Assembly (NCBI GenBank): GCA_963837955.1
Contig: CAWIPH010000002.1
Span: 1,184,001 to 1,248,000 of the forward strand
DNA: 64,000 nt
Direction of reading: 5' to 3'
Source of the DNA: an uncultured Verrucomicrobiae bacterium
GTDB taxonomy: Bacteria; Verrucomicrobiota; Verrucomicrobiia; Chthoniobacterales; JAFAMB01
The notes below the pieces were generated by a model. It was given only the letters and a program-made list of their open reading frames with translations. It did not search any database and was not told the DNA's origin. Positions 19,871 through 29,886 of this stretch are shown one piece after another. The translations under genes and the position numbers were made by a program. Every line of letters begins with the position of its first letter. The first letter of the stretch is position 1.

Positions 19871-20932
19871 ATGAGTGCGAACGTCGAACCTATAACCTCC
19901 AACCTCTCCCGCGGAATGCCGATTGAGGTAGCTAAGATCAATCGGAGTCTGACCCAACTTTGGGAGCAGGAAAGCGAAGAGCTGTCGAAGGCTTCGCTGG
20001 TGAACTTTGCGGTTTACAGCGAGGCTTCGGATGCGCTGAGTTTCAATACGCAGTTGATGGCGGAGGTGACGCGCCAACACGCGTGTCGCGTTATCTTGTT
20101 AGCGGCCAATCCGTCAGCGCAAAAGCAGCGCGTCCAAGCTTGGATCAGCGCGCATTGCCACGTCACGGGCGCTGGCACTCGTCAAGTCTGCAGCGAACAG
20201 ATCGCGTTTCTGATCGAGGGCGGTGGTCCAGAGGTGATGCGAAGCATTCTCTTTAGCCACTTGGATTCGGATCTTCCGTTGTATCTGTGGTGGCAAGGGC
20301 AGTTTAGCGGAGGACTCGATGAGCAGCTTTGGAGTTGGGTCGACCGCTTCTTTTTCGACAGTCACTCCTGGCGCGAGCCGGCCCGGCAAATGCGGATTTT
20401 GCACGACTCGGTCGGCGGCGCACGGTCACGCTGCGTGCTTTGTGATCTCAACTGGCGGCGGCTTATTTACTTGCGCCTGGCCGTCGCTCAAACCTTTGAT
20501 CATCCATGGGCTGCGGCGAAAATGGGATCGATCACCGAGGTCGAAATCGTTCATGATCCGGAATACTGGACCACGGCGATTCTTTTAGTTAGCTGGGTAG
20601 CGAACCAGCTCGGCTGGCAGTTGGATCGGAAAGAGGATTTTACTTACAGCTTTTCTGTTCCGAAGAGTGGACAGGTTGTCCGAGTGAATCTCAGGGCTGT
20701 ACCAGGTCATTGGGTCAGCCGGATCCGGTTCTCTTTTGGCGAGAGTTTTTTTGATGTGTCGTGGAATGGCAATTTTTTGGAAAACACATTGTCCAAACAT
20801 CCCGAAATGAAACAGCTCTTGCCGGCCGGAGGCACGTCGCTCGCCGGACTCCTGAAAGAAGAGTTGGTCCGGGGCGGCGAACATCTCACCTATCTGCGTG
20901 CGTTGAATCTGGCGGAGAAGCTGTGGGAGTAG
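19871..20932 (+). CDS. opcA: G6PD assembly protein OpcA
   Basis: Follows zwf; KASLVNFAVY, HACRVILL, SEQI, DLPLYLWW, DLNWRRL. Confidence 0.85.
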   Translation: MSANVEPITSNLSRGMPIEVAKINRSLTQLWEQESEELSKASLVNFAVYSEASDALSFNTQLMAEVTRQHACRVILLAANPSAQKQRVQAWISAHCHVTGAGTRQVCSEQIAFLIEGGGPEVMRSILFSHLDSDLPLYLWWQGQFSGGLDEQLWSWVDRFFFDSHSWREPARQMRILHDSVGGARSRCVLCDLNWRRLIYLRLAVAQTFDHPWAAAKMGSITEVEIVHDPEYWTTAILLVSWVANQLGWQLDRKEDFTYSFSVPKSGQVVRVNLRAVPGHWVSRIRFSFGESFFDVSWNGNFLENTLSKHPEMKQLLPAGGTSLAGLLKEELVRGGEHLTYLRALNLAEKLWE

Positions 20933-21028
20933 TTGGGGGCGTGTCGATAGCCGATAGCCGATAGCAAATTGCAAGTTGCAAATTGCATGCTCGTCGTCCT
21001 TGGGACGAATACGCGCGCGGGTTTATTT

Positions 21029-21127
21029 CCGGGAATAGGCCATGATAAAGCGACACACCCGCTCCTTGGCTCCGATACCTCGATTCGCGCTCGATCATTC
21101 CCGGGCGTCGCAAGCGACGCCCCTCCG
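21029..21127. repeat. degenerate GGAG REPIN (right arm intact)
   Basis: ATTCCCGGGCGTCGCAAGCGACGCCCCTCCG; left part CCGGGAATAGGCCATGATAAA resembles RAYT-1 left flank. Confidence 0.7.
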
Positions 21128-21163
21128 ACTCATGGGCATTCCGCAACCGGCGGTAGTGGCTTA

Positions 21164-21290
21164 GCTATCTGCTATCTGCTATCTGCTATCTGCTATCTGC
21201 TATCTGCTATCTGCTATCTGCCATCTGCCATCTGCTTGGGCTGTTCCCGTTTGACCGTTCTCGGCTATTGGCTATTGGCTATTGGCTATC
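21164..21290. repeat. heptamer tandem repeats (GCTATCT)8(GCCATCT)2 and (GGCTATT)3+
   Basis: Read directly; complementary (GATAGCC)n at ~20945-20965. Confidence 0.95.
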
Positions 21291-21308
21291 GCTTCCTCCC
21301 CCTAAGAA

Positions 21309-22559
21309 ATGAAAACTGTTACCGCACTTAAAACCGCCGACTCCAATCTCCGAGGACTTGTTGATGCTGCTCTAGAGCAAAGCGGGGGGCTGTTGCGGCT
21401 GGCACCGTGCTGGGTTCCAAGATCGTTCCTACAGCCCGGGCGTCGTCTGAAGCTTCATCCCGATGATGTTTACGCCTACGGTCTCGACCGTGGCGGCATC
21501 GACGAGCGGTGGTTTGCCTCTACCACACCCGCTGCAAACGACAATCGGACTCCGGACGAAGGTTTGAGTTACTGCGTGTTTGGAAATAATCGTTTCACTT
21601 TGGCAGCGGCCATCCAGGAATGTGGCGAGCAACTCATCGGAGAAGCTATCTGGGCGAAATATCATCGCTGGCCGGTATACTCCAAATTCTTTGACAACAT
21701 GGGGCCGATTCCTCATCACATGCACCAATCGGCGGCGCATGCCAAGCTGGTCGGACAGGAGGGAAAGCCGGAGAGTTATTATTTTCCGCCACAGCACAAT
21801 ACAGTCGGAAACAATTTCCCGTACACGTTTATGGGGTTAGAGCCGGGTACTACCAAAGAACAGGTGAAAGACTGCCTGGCGAATTGGAATCGCGGAGACA
21901 ACGGTATTCTCGATCTCTCAAAAGCGTATCGGCTCAAACCAGGCTCTGGCTGGTTGATTGGTCCCGGTCTGCTGCATGCTCCCGGCTCGTTGGTGACCTA
22001 CGAACCGCAATGGGGTTCCGACGTGTTTTCGATGTTCCAGTCGTTGGTCGAAGGACGCGAGGTTCCGCGTTCGCTTTTGGTGAAGGATATTCCGGTCGAC
22101 AAACATTTCGATCTCGATTTCATCATCAGCGAGCTTGACTGGGAAGCGAACGTCGATCCGAACTTTAAGGATAATCATTACCTGGAGCCGGTACCGGTCG
22201 CCGATACCGGTTCTGAAGGATATGTCGATCGCTGGATAGTTTATGGAGAGATCGGCGGGGAGCAGCTCTTTACCGCTAAGGAACTCACAATTGAGCCGGG
22301 CGTGAAACGTACGATCAAGGACAACGGCGCTTACGGTCTGGTCGTGGTGCAAGGTCGCGGGACGATGAACCGGCTGACGCTGGATTGTCCCAAGCTGATC
22401 CGGTTCGTTGAGATGACAGAGGACGAAGTGTTTTGCACGGAGTCAGCCGCGCGTGCCGGTGTAACATTTGAAAACACCAGCGCGGTCGAGGATTTGGTTG
22501 TGTTGCGCTATTTCGGACCCGAAGCGAATCCGAATGCTCCCAAGATCGGTGATCGGTGA
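21309..22559 (+). CDS. cupin-fold protein, phosphomannose-isomerase-type-I-like
   Basis: SKFFD..PIPHHMHQ...GKPESYY...HAPG...YEPQ..SD resembles the PMI metal-binding pattern; downstream of zwf-opcA. Confidence 0.6.
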   Translation: MKTVTALKTADSNLRGLVDAALEQSGGLLRLAPCWVPRSFLQPGRRLKLHPDDVYAYGLDRGGIDERWFASTTPAANDNRTPDEGLSYCVFGNNRFTLAAAIQECGEQLIGEAIWAKYHRWPVYSKFFDNMGPIPHHMHQSAAHAKLVGQEGKPESYYFPPQHNTVGNNFPYTFMGLEPGTTKEQVKDCLANWNRGDNGILDLSKAYRLKPGSGWLIGPGLLHAPGSLVTYEPQWGSDVFSMFQSLVEGREVPRSLLVKDIPVDKHFDLDFIISELDWEANVDPNFKDNHYLEPVPVADTGSEGYVDRWIVYGEIGGEQLFTAKELTIEPGVKRTIKDNGAYGLVVVQGRGTMNRLTLDCPKLIRFVEMTEDEVFCTESAARAGVTFENTSAVEDLVVLRYFGPEANPNAPKIGDR

Positions 22560-22612
22560 TCGGTGATCGGTGATCAGGGATCAGTGATTCGCGATTGGTG
22601 ATCGGTGATCGG
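22543..22612. repeat. heptamer tandem repeat (GATCGGT)n
   Basis: GATCGGTGATCGGTGATCGGTGATCGGTGATCAGG...; supplies the cupin stop codon. Confidence 0.9.
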
Positions 22613-22617
22613 GCCAG

Positions 22618-23078
22618 GGGTCGGTACGCCGAAGGCGTTATAGGACTCAGCCCGGGGTGGAGGCTTTGCGCAACCCCGGGTAACCCAAAAAAATGCGTCC
22701 GCTCTGAAAGAGCGTAAGACCGTCTGGCAAAACGGCGCTCATCACCGGCTCCTGACCACCGACTAACATCCCATCGGCGACAATCGGTGGCGGCATTTGC
22801 AGATTGTTGCTGCCGTCACCCGGCACCTCAACAGTCAGGAGTGACGAGGCGTTCTGTCACCCGGTATTTCCAGCTTGTTTGTTGGTCACGTCGTTCATTA
22901 ATCCGATAATATTCGACGCCGTGGTCAAGCTCCGGGATTTCGCGTTCGGTGATGACGGCCGTTGGGTAGAGATTTCTTGCGCTCTTTCGGAGCGGACCCG
23001 CATTTTTGGGGTTACCCCGGGGTTGCGCAAAGCCTCCACCCCGGGCTGAGTCCTTTAACGCCTTCGGCGTACCGACCC
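22618..23078. mobile_element. non-autonomous ~460-bp REPIN/MITE with ~100-bp inverted arms (CGCCGAAGGCG family)
   Basis: Arms TACGCCGAAGGCGTTA-AGGACTCAGCCCGGGGTGGAGGCTTTGCGCAACCCCGGG...CGCTCTGAAAGAGCG; spacer homologous to 36999-37275. Confidence 0.88.
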
Positions 23079-23183
23079 GTGACGCGATGATCGATGACCA
23101 ATCATCGTGCGTGACCGTCGGGGGACCGAGTTTCCTAGGGCTTCGCCCTTGCTGTTCATCTGAATGCAGGTTGGAGGCTATCT

Positions 23184-23981
23184 TTAGATTTTCTGGAAAC
23201 CGGAATCGGTCAGCCGAAATTTTTTGAAATCGATTCCGAGTTTCCGCGTATTTTGGTAGGCAAAGCTTCGGATGCCTTCGACACCACCACCACCGGGTAC
23301 ATCGACTGAATTCGGATTTTTTAATGCGTCCCTGTAACAGACTGCCAACAGCTTGAAGTATTCGGAATAATACTGTTTGGTCGCGTCGGGGACTGTCTTG
23401 GACCCAAATTTGCTCAGCAAGAGTTCATTTATCTTCTGACGGATTTGTCGAATGCCCGCGGGATGAGCCGAAGCACTCTGATTGTTGACAATTTCCCACA
23501 TGACAATCAGGAAGCCGGCGTACGAATCGGATGAATCGCGGCTGGAAAAACCGTACCTGGAGAATCGTTCATCGAAACGCTTCTCGGTGCCGCTATCGGC
23601 GAGTTCCTTCTGGGCGAACACCTTGAGCTTCGGGTATTTCGCGGGGATTGATGAAATAAAATTGAGGTGCACCTTGTTTGTGACGGCTGCGGAGGAGCGA
23701 TAGTTGAAAAAGCTGCTCAGAGTTTGGTTGGAGTGCTCTGGGACACCGCTACCCGTATGGGTCTTGCCTCCCTTTCGGCTCTTTTCTTCCTTCACTCCCT
23801 TTTGGCCCTGAGGTGGGTTTTCGCTAACCGTGGCGGGGCCTTCTGAGCTCAGGTGCGCCGCTATGTTATCAACGTAGAATTGGTTAAGCGCATCATCGGT
23901 TGAGTCGGCCAGAGCGCTGCCGAGTGACATGGAGGCCATGAAGGCCACCAAAGAAAGAGACGAGTAACGGGTGTTTATCAT
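23184..23981 (-). CDS. hypothetical secreted protein
   Basis: Signal peptide MINTRYSSLSLVAFMASMSLGSALA; helical domain ending GIDFKKFRLTDSGF. Confidence 0.7.
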   Translation of the reverse strand: MINTRYSSLSLVAFMASMSLGSALADSTDDALNQFYVDNIAAHLSSEGPATVSENPPQGQKGVKEEKSRKGGKTHTGSGVPEHSNQTLSSFFNYRSSAAVTNKVHLNFISSIPAKYPKLKVFAQKELADSGTEKRFDERFSRYGFSSRDSSDSYAGFLIVMWEIVNNQSASAHPAGIRQIRQKINELLLSKFGSKTVPDATKQYYSEYFKLLAVCYRDALKNPNSVDVPGGGGVEGIRSFAYQNTRKLGIDFKKFRLTDSGFQKI

Positions 23982-24140
23982 CCGGATAGGTGGTTTTGCG
24001 GGCTGATAATCCAATTTGTCGTGGGGTTGTGGAAGCCTAAAAGGAAGGGGAGTTGAACGGTGATGGGCGCGAAATGCAGACAAGAGGCCATTAATGTACC
24101 GGAAAGATGGAATCGTGATCCTGTGGTGAGACCGATGATT

Positions 24141-24232
24141 GGTAGGGCGAAACGGACTCCGCAGGGGGAGGGCGCATGTCCTCGTGCGCCGCGGATCGCG
24201 AGGAGGCGATCCCTCCCCGACTTCGCCCTACC
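24141..24232. repeat. GTAG REPIN carrying a nested GGAG REP doublet (24164-24218)
   Basis: GGTAGGGCGAAAC[...GGGGAGGGCGCATGTCCTCGTGCGCCGCGGATCGCGAGGAGGCGATCCCTCCCC...]TTCGCCCTACC. Confidence 0.85.
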
Positions 24233-25343
24233 GACTCTCGGTGTTTCCGCCCGTTTTGCGGTTTTCGGAATGAATTTCTTCGAGCACCTTCAGCGTTTCC
24301 GCGACATTTCGATCGACCGTATACTGTTGAGCGCGCGCCACGCAGGCGGTCCGAATATCTTCTCGTTGGCTGAGCGAGGTCCAGTGCTGGATCGCGTTAG
24401 CCAGCGCCGACACGTCGTCCGGACGGTCTAGGATTTCTCCATGCACACCCGACTCGATAATCTCCGAAAAACCGTTGCTGGTTGTCGTAACGACCGGCAC
24501 CCCGACCGACAGCGCTTCCAGACATGCGTTAGAGAAGGGATCATAGATCGTCGGCAGGACGAAGAGATCGGCAGCAACATATAAAGAATGCATATCTTCT
24601 ACCGCTCCAAGGAAGCGAACGTTGCTCGGCGTGAAAGCCGGTTTTTTTCCTTCTCCGGCCACGAGAAATTTGATGCGTCGATTCTTCAGGCTTCGCACCG
24701 CTTCGATAGCGAAACGCAGGCCTTTACGTTCCCAACCCGAGCCAGCGAAAAGAATGCCGATATCCAGCTCACTTAATCCCGCATCGTACCGAAGGTCCCA
24801 ACGAGTTCCAGGCTTCTTTTTGAAATGCACGTCGGCAATACCGTTGTAGATGACCGAGATCTGATCCTCCGGATATCCAAACTCAGTGACAATTTCATTT
24901 TTGACGAGCTTGGAATTGGTAATGACTCGGCGAGCTGCGCGCTGACCCAGCAAACTCTGTTCAAGCTCCAGAATCTTGTTGTGTTTCCCATTCGACAAAC
25001 GGAGCGATTTCTTCCAGCTCGGTTGGAACGCTTGTCGTCTTTCCAACCAAACGCGATGCACGCCGTCACCCGCCCGATAACAGTCGCATGACTCGATTCT
25101 TTCCAGGCTGAATAGAATTTCCACACTGTGGCGAACTGCTTGTACCGCTTTGCTGAAGGCCAGCGGATCGGACCCTTTCAATCGGACCAGTTTGCCATAG
25201 GGCAGCTCGGCGCCGGGCCAATCCTCGGTAGCGAAAAGCGTCAACTGGTGGCCGGCATCTGCCAAGCCGCGTCCTAAACGTTTTAAATAGCTTTCGGCAC
25301 CGCCTGCGCGCGAGAAACCGCGTCGTACTAAGCCAATCTTCAT
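24228..25343 (-). CDS. glycosyltransferase family 4 (WaaG/RfaG-like)
   Basis: GGAESY, FAGSGWERKG, LPTIYDPFSNACLEA. Confidence 0.9.
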   Translation of the reverse strand: MKIGLVRRGFSRAGGAESYLKRLGRGLADAGHQLTLFATEDWPGAELPYGKLVRLKGSDPLAFSKAVQAVRHSVEILFSLERIESCDCYRAGDGVHRVWLERRQAFQPSWKKSLRLSNGKHNKILELEQSLLGQRAARRVITNSKLVKNEIVTEFGYPEDQISVIYNGIADVHFKKKPGTRWDLRYDAGLSELDIGILFAGSGWERKGLRFAIEAVRSLKNRRIKFLVAGEGKKPAFTPSNVRFLGAVEDMHSLYVAADLFVLPTIYDPFSNACLEALSVGVPVVTTTSNGFSEIIESGVHGEILDRPDDVSALANAIQHWTSLSQREDIRTACVARAQQYTVDRNVAETLKVLEEIHSENRKTGGNTESR

Positions 25344-25660
25344 GAACTTGCTATACGCACCGAGTTTTAGCTCACTGGTCTTAGGAGTTCAAGGAGTTCC
25401 AGGAAAGAGGAGAAGGAACTCTGGAGTTCGGAAGTTCAGGAAACAGGAATACGGAAAGCGGAAACGATTCCTCCGCGCCGGTCTTCTGGAATGTCAGACC
25501 GTGAACATCACAAGATCTGACGTGGTCCGAAGGCTCCATGGCGGAGCGACCAGCGCCAAACTGTGTCAGATAGGCAAGTCGCGCAGCGTATTCCATTCTG
25601 GTATTCCGGTTCCGTATTCTCTATTCCGTGCTCTTGTACTGCTTTATGCCGAACCAAGAG

Positions 25661-26827
25661 ATGCCAACGCGGGTGTTGTATGCTACTTCCGCCCGCATTG
25701 GTGGGTTTGGTCTTGATGCCGTGGCGTTGGAGACATTACGCGGAATCCAGGACCAGCTCGGCCTGGCGATCTCTTTCGGAGTCAAAACGACGGAATTTGA
25801 TCGGAACCGAATGAAGACACTCCGGTTTCATTCGGTCCGGCTGCTATCGAATCTAGAGAGAAAATATTACTATGCCGCGAAAAAGAGAGCGGTTGACGCG
25901 GTCGCTGCCCGACAGCTGAAGACCGGCCGATTCGATCTTTTTCATGGCTGGTCTGGCGAAGCACTGAACTCGCTGCGCGTCGCCAAGGCGCTCGGCATTC
26001 CTTCCGTATTGGAGGTGCCGACCTGGCACCGGCAGAAAGGAAAAGTTCTACCCCTGAAAACGGCTCAAGAATTAGCAATGGAGTCGGCGCCGATACCGCA
26101 ACGTTGGCTTAACCGGCTATTGGTCAGCCGGCAAGAAAGCTTGGAAGAATATGCAAACGCTGATCTATTATTAGTTCTTTCTGAGAAAGCAGCGGAGACT
26201 TTCCGCATCTTGGGTACTCCTGACCAAAAGCTCTTTCGTATGTCCCGCGGTGTCGACGTCGAACGCTTCCGGCCCGGTGAACCGCCCTCTGTTTTTCGCG
26301 CCTTATTTGTCGGAGCGCTGATTAGGCGCAAAGGAATCCCCCTTTTGTTGGAAGCTTGGAAGCGTCTCGATCTGAAAGACGCGGAACTTTGGCTAGCCGG
26401 CCATCCGCACGTCGAGATCAAGCCCGTCCTGGAAAATCTTCCAAGAAACGTGAAGCTGCTTGGTTTCGTGAAAGACATTGCAGAGGTATATCGGGCCTGT
26501 TCGGTGCACATCTTTCCGTCGGAACTGGAAGGGAGCGCGAAATCAATCTATGAGGCCGCAGCTTGCGGGTTGGCTCAAATTACGACTCGTGAATCAGGAG
26601 ACGTTGTTATCGACGGCGAGGACGGGCTGATCATTCCGCCAAACGATGTTTCAGCGCTCTGCCAAGCTATTCTTACGCTTTACCGAAATGCTGAACTGGT
26701 TCGGAAATTTGGGGCAAACGGCCGACAGCGAGTAGTGGAGTCTTTCACCTGGGAGCATTTTCGGCTTCGCCTGCGGGAAGCTTACCGCATGGCCATGCAT
26801 TGCCATTTGCCGCGCCTGGTACAATGA
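25661..26827 (+). CDS. glycosyltransferase family 4
   Basis: FVGALIRRKG, FPSELEGSAKSIYEAAACG. Confidence 0.88.
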   Translation: MPTRVLYATSARIGGFGLDAVALETLRGIQDQLGLAISFGVKTTEFDRNRMKTLRFHSVRLLSNLERKYYYAAKKRAVDAVAARQLKTGRFDLFHGWSGEALNSLRVAKALGIPSVLEVPTWHRQKGKVLPLKTAQELAMESAPIPQRWLNRLLVSRQESLEEYANADLLLVLSEKAAETFRILGTPDQKLFRMSRGVDVERFRPGEPPSVFRALFVGALIRRKGIPLLLEAWKRLDLKDAELWLAGHPHVEIKPVLENLPRNVKLLGFVKDIAEVYRACSVHIFPSELEGSAKSIYEAAACGLAQITTRESGDVVIDGEDGLIIPPNDVSALCQAILTLYRNAELVRKFGANGRQRVVESFTWEHFRLRLREAYRMAMHCHLPRLVQ

Positions 26828-27873
26828 AGTCCATCCTCGCGGTTCAACTCAAGCGGCTTGGTGATTTGATTTTGACCACTCCGGCATTAATTGCGCTTCG
26901 CCAAACAATGCCCGATGCAAGAATCACACTCCTGATCGATGACTATTCCAAAGAGCTCGCGCCGGCGCTCTCCATGGTGGACGAGATCTGGACCTACGAT
27001 CGCAGGCGTTCGTTACCGACCTGGCTTAGGCTGCTGGTTCGGGAATACGATTTTTGTCTCGATTTCACTGGGAACGATCGATCCTCCCTCGTCGCTTTTT
27101 TTTCGAAAGCCGCGGAGCGAGTGAGTTTCAGCTTTGTGGCACGTCGCCGGCATCGTGCCTGGATCTATACTGACCTTGTCTCATCCTCTGTGCGCGATCT
27201 TCACACCGTTGATCATTACCTGGATTTGAGCCGATTTGTCGGTTTTTCCGGTCCGGCTCCTTCGCCAGCACTCGATCTGCCTGACGATGTCGCCAGAGCC
27301 GTGCCGGAGATCTTGCGTGAAATCGGTCTGAAGACGCCCTATTTCGTCGTACACCCCGGTACCGCCAGGAGTGAAAAATATTGGGCGGCAGAGCGCTGGG
27401 CGGAAGTGATCCGCTACGTTTGCGATCGAAAGCATCTTGCCTGTTTGTTCACAGGTGGTAGCGATCGGGCTGAGATTGAACATATCCGGGCGATTCGGAA
27501 CAAAGTGGGAGAAGGCTATCCAATCTTCAATCTGGCCGGCCAGATACCGTTTTTGGTGGCCGCAGCGGTGATCCGCCAATCGCGTCTCTTCCTCGGCGTG
27601 GATACCGCCGCCGCTCATGTGGCGTCCGTATTCGGTCGACCCGAACTGGTATTATTTGGGCCGACCAATCCCTTCCATTGGCACCCGCGTCAGCCGCTTG
27701 GATGTGTTCTTCGCAGCGGGAGCGACGCTCTGTATTGCCCGGTCGATCCTCGAGAAGCGGGCCGGCCCATGAGCGATTTGTCGACCCAAACCGTAATCAA
27801 TGCTATGGAAGGCCTCTTAAGTCGTATGGGAGAAGCGTCGAAGGGCTCGGTTTCGGGTGCTACGATCGGCTAG
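26824..27873 (+). CDS. glycosyltransferase family 9 (LPS heptosyltransferase-like)
   Basis: RLGDLILTTP, VHPG, GVDTAAAHVA, LFGPT. Confidence 0.9.
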   Translation: MKSILAVQLKRLGDLILTTPALIALRQTMPDARITLLIDDYSKELAPALSMVDEIWTYDRRRSLPTWLRLLVREYDFCLDFTGNDRSSLVAFFSKAAERVSFSFVARRRHRAWIYTDLVSSSVRDLHTVDHYLDLSRFVGFSGPAPSPALDLPDDVARAVPEILREIGLKTPYFVVHPGTARSEKYWAAERWAEVIRYVCDRKHLACLFTGGSDRAEIEHIRAIRNKVGEGYPIFNLAGQIPFLVAAAVIRQSRLFLGVDTAAAHVASVFGRPELVLFGPTNPFHWHPRQPLGCVLRSGSDALYCPVDPREAGRPMSDLSTQTVINAMEGLLSRMGEASKGSVSGATIG

Positions 27874-27904
27874 ATGACATTTATCCCTACGCTGCACAGG
27901 TTCC

Positions 27905-29728
27905 ATGAGTAAGACGAGATTTTCGATTCGAGATACGCTTCACGCTGGAATTACACCGTATCGCAACCTGTACCCTTTTCTCCGGCCGTACCTCCCGCAG
28001 TTTATTCTGGCGCTTCTCTGTGGAGGATTATTTGCCGCTGCCACGGTGTGCGTACCTGTAGTGATTAAGACTGTCAGCGCTCACGCTTTTTCTCCGTCAA
28101 GCGATCAGGTTGGGATGACGGGGAATACGAACTCCGACGATGTGAGGAACGCGATTCTGTTTTGCTCGGTGATTCCGTTTATCTTCATCGTGCGCAGCGC
28201 CTTTGATTTTCTGAATTCCTATTTGATGGCTTGGGTGAGTTTACGGGTCCTGACCGATATTCGGTCAAAACTGTATTCGCATATCCTGACGCAATCCCTC
28301 GATTTCTTTAATCGAGAACGCGCAGGAAATCTGATGTCACGTGTGGTCAACGATACGCGGCAGGCGCAGATAGCCCTGACGAACATCAGTAGCGATATTA
28401 TCAAGCAGCCGATAGTCATCGTCGGTGCGCTAGGAAGTATGCTTTGGCTGGATTGGAAGTTTTCCCTGGCGAGCCTTGTGCTCGTGCCGGTCTGCCTGGT
28501 CCCGATCCTGGCATTTGGCAAGCGAGTAAAGAAACAGGGCAAGCTTGAGGAGCAGCGGGTCGGCGCGATGATGACCATTTTGCAGGAGAGTTTTGCCGGA
28601 ATTAGAGTTATCAAAGCGTTTGCTCGGGAACCGCGCGAGTCCGGGAATTTTCGCGATATGAGCGAACAAAATTTTCGTGACGGGATCCGGGTCCGCAAAG
28701 CAATTGAGCTAGTGAGCCCATCGGTCGAGGCGGTCAGTGCCGTGGGTGTTGGGTTTGCGCTTTTTTATGTTTGGTACACCCACTTGAGTGTCGCCCAATT
28801 GATTGCGCTGCTCGGCTGTATTTTTTTCTTGTACGACCCGGTAAAGAAGCTGAGCCGGATTCATTTAGTCCTCCAGCAATGCTTCGTTTCGACGACTAAT
28901 ATCTTTGAGATCCTTCACCAAAAGCCGACCATTCAGGATCGTCCCGGATCGATCGCCATTAATTCGTCTCGTGGCGATATCCGGCTAGACAACGTCACTT
29001 TTTGCTATCGCCCCGAATTGCCGCCGGCTGTCGTTAATCTGAATCTCCATGTTCCGCCCGGAAGATATTTTGCATTGGTTGGCTCGAGCGGGGCGGGTAA
29101 GAGCACGATACTTTCGTTGCTCCTGCGATTTTATGAACCCAACGCAGGGGCGGTGCTTTTGGACGGACGCGATACGCGTACGATCACGCAGGAATCGCTG
29201 CGCAGCCAAATCGGAATAGTCACGCAGGATACCTTCCTTTTTCATGACAGCATCCTGAACAATATCCGTTACGGGCGACTCGATGCGACGGAGGAAGAAG
29301 TGATTGCCGCAGCCAAGAATGCTTTCGCCCACGATTTCATCACGCAGCAACCGAACGGTTACTACACGGTAATTGGCGATAAAGGTTGTTTGCTCTCAGG
29401 AGGTCAGCAGCAGCGAGTCTCCATCGCGCGCGCCTTGCTGAAGAACGCGCCCGTATTGCTCTTAGACGAGGCGATGTCGGCACTCGATTCGGAAGCGGAG
29501 CGTGAGATTCAAGCGGCGTTGGAACGGCTTTCCGAGGGCCGGACGGTTATCGCGATCGCGCATCGCTTGTCCACCGTATTGAAGGCGGACCAGATCGTGG
29601 TGATGGAGCAAGGTCAGGTGCGAGAGATCGGAACCCATCGCGAACTTTTGAATTCCTCGAATCTTTATCGCCGGCTGTACGACTTGCAATTCAACGTGCA
29701 GGCAGAGGAATTAGCGGGAGTGGGGTAA
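27905..29728 (+). CDS. msbA: MsbA-like ABC exporter (TMD+NBD)
   Basis: 6-TM domain, GSSGAGKS, LSGGQQQR, LDEA; follows LPS glycosyltransferases. Confidence 0.75.
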   Translation: MSKTRFSIRDTLHAGITPYRNLYPFLRPYLPQFILALLCGGLFAAATVCVPVVIKTVSAHAFSPSSDQVGMTGNTNSDDVRNAILFCSVIPFIFIVRSAFDFLNSYLMAWVSLRVLTDIRSKLYSHILTQSLDFFNRERAGNLMSRVVNDTRQAQIALTNISSDIIKQPIVIVGALGSMLWLDWKFSLASLVLVPVCLVPILAFGKRVKKQGKLEEQRVGAMMTILQESFAGIRVIKAFAREPRESGNFRDMSEQNFRDGIRVRKAIELVSPSVEAVSAVGVGFALFYVWYTHLSVAQLIALLGCIFFLYDPVKKLSRIHLVLQQCFVSTTNIFEILHQKPTIQDRPGSIAINSSRGDIRLDNVTFCYRPELPPAVVNLNLHVPPGRYFALVGSSGAGKSTILSLLLRFYEPNAGAVLLDGRDTRTITQESLRSQIGIVTQDTFLFHDSILNNIRYGRLDATEEEVIAAAKNAFAHDFITQQPNGYYTVIGDKGCLLSGGQQQRVSIARALLKNAPVLLLDEAMSALDSEAEREIQAALERLSEGRTVIAIAHRLSTVLKADQIVVMEQGQVREIGTHRELLNSSNLYRRLYDLQFNVQAEELAGVG

Positions 29729-29766
29729 GTGCGTATCGGCGTGAGTGCGTAGCGGGGTAACGGCGA

Positions 29767-29839
29767 GAGTCATGGAGTCATGGAGTCACGGAGTGATGGA
29801 GTAATGGAGTAATGGAGTAATGGAGTAATGGAGTAATGG
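29767..29839. repeat. octamer tandem repeat (ATGGAGTA/C)n; inverted partner at 30676-30719
   Basis: GAGTCATGGAGTCATGG...GAGTAATGG vs CACTCCATCACTCCATGACTCCACGACTCC. Confidence 0.9.
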
Positions 29840-29886
29840 CGCGCGGGTTGAGGGCGTACTCGGGAAGTGGCCGACGGACAGATCGA

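Noticed and set aside
20969..21331. ORF with AICYLLS repeats
   Set aside because: Translation of the GCTATCT heptamer array
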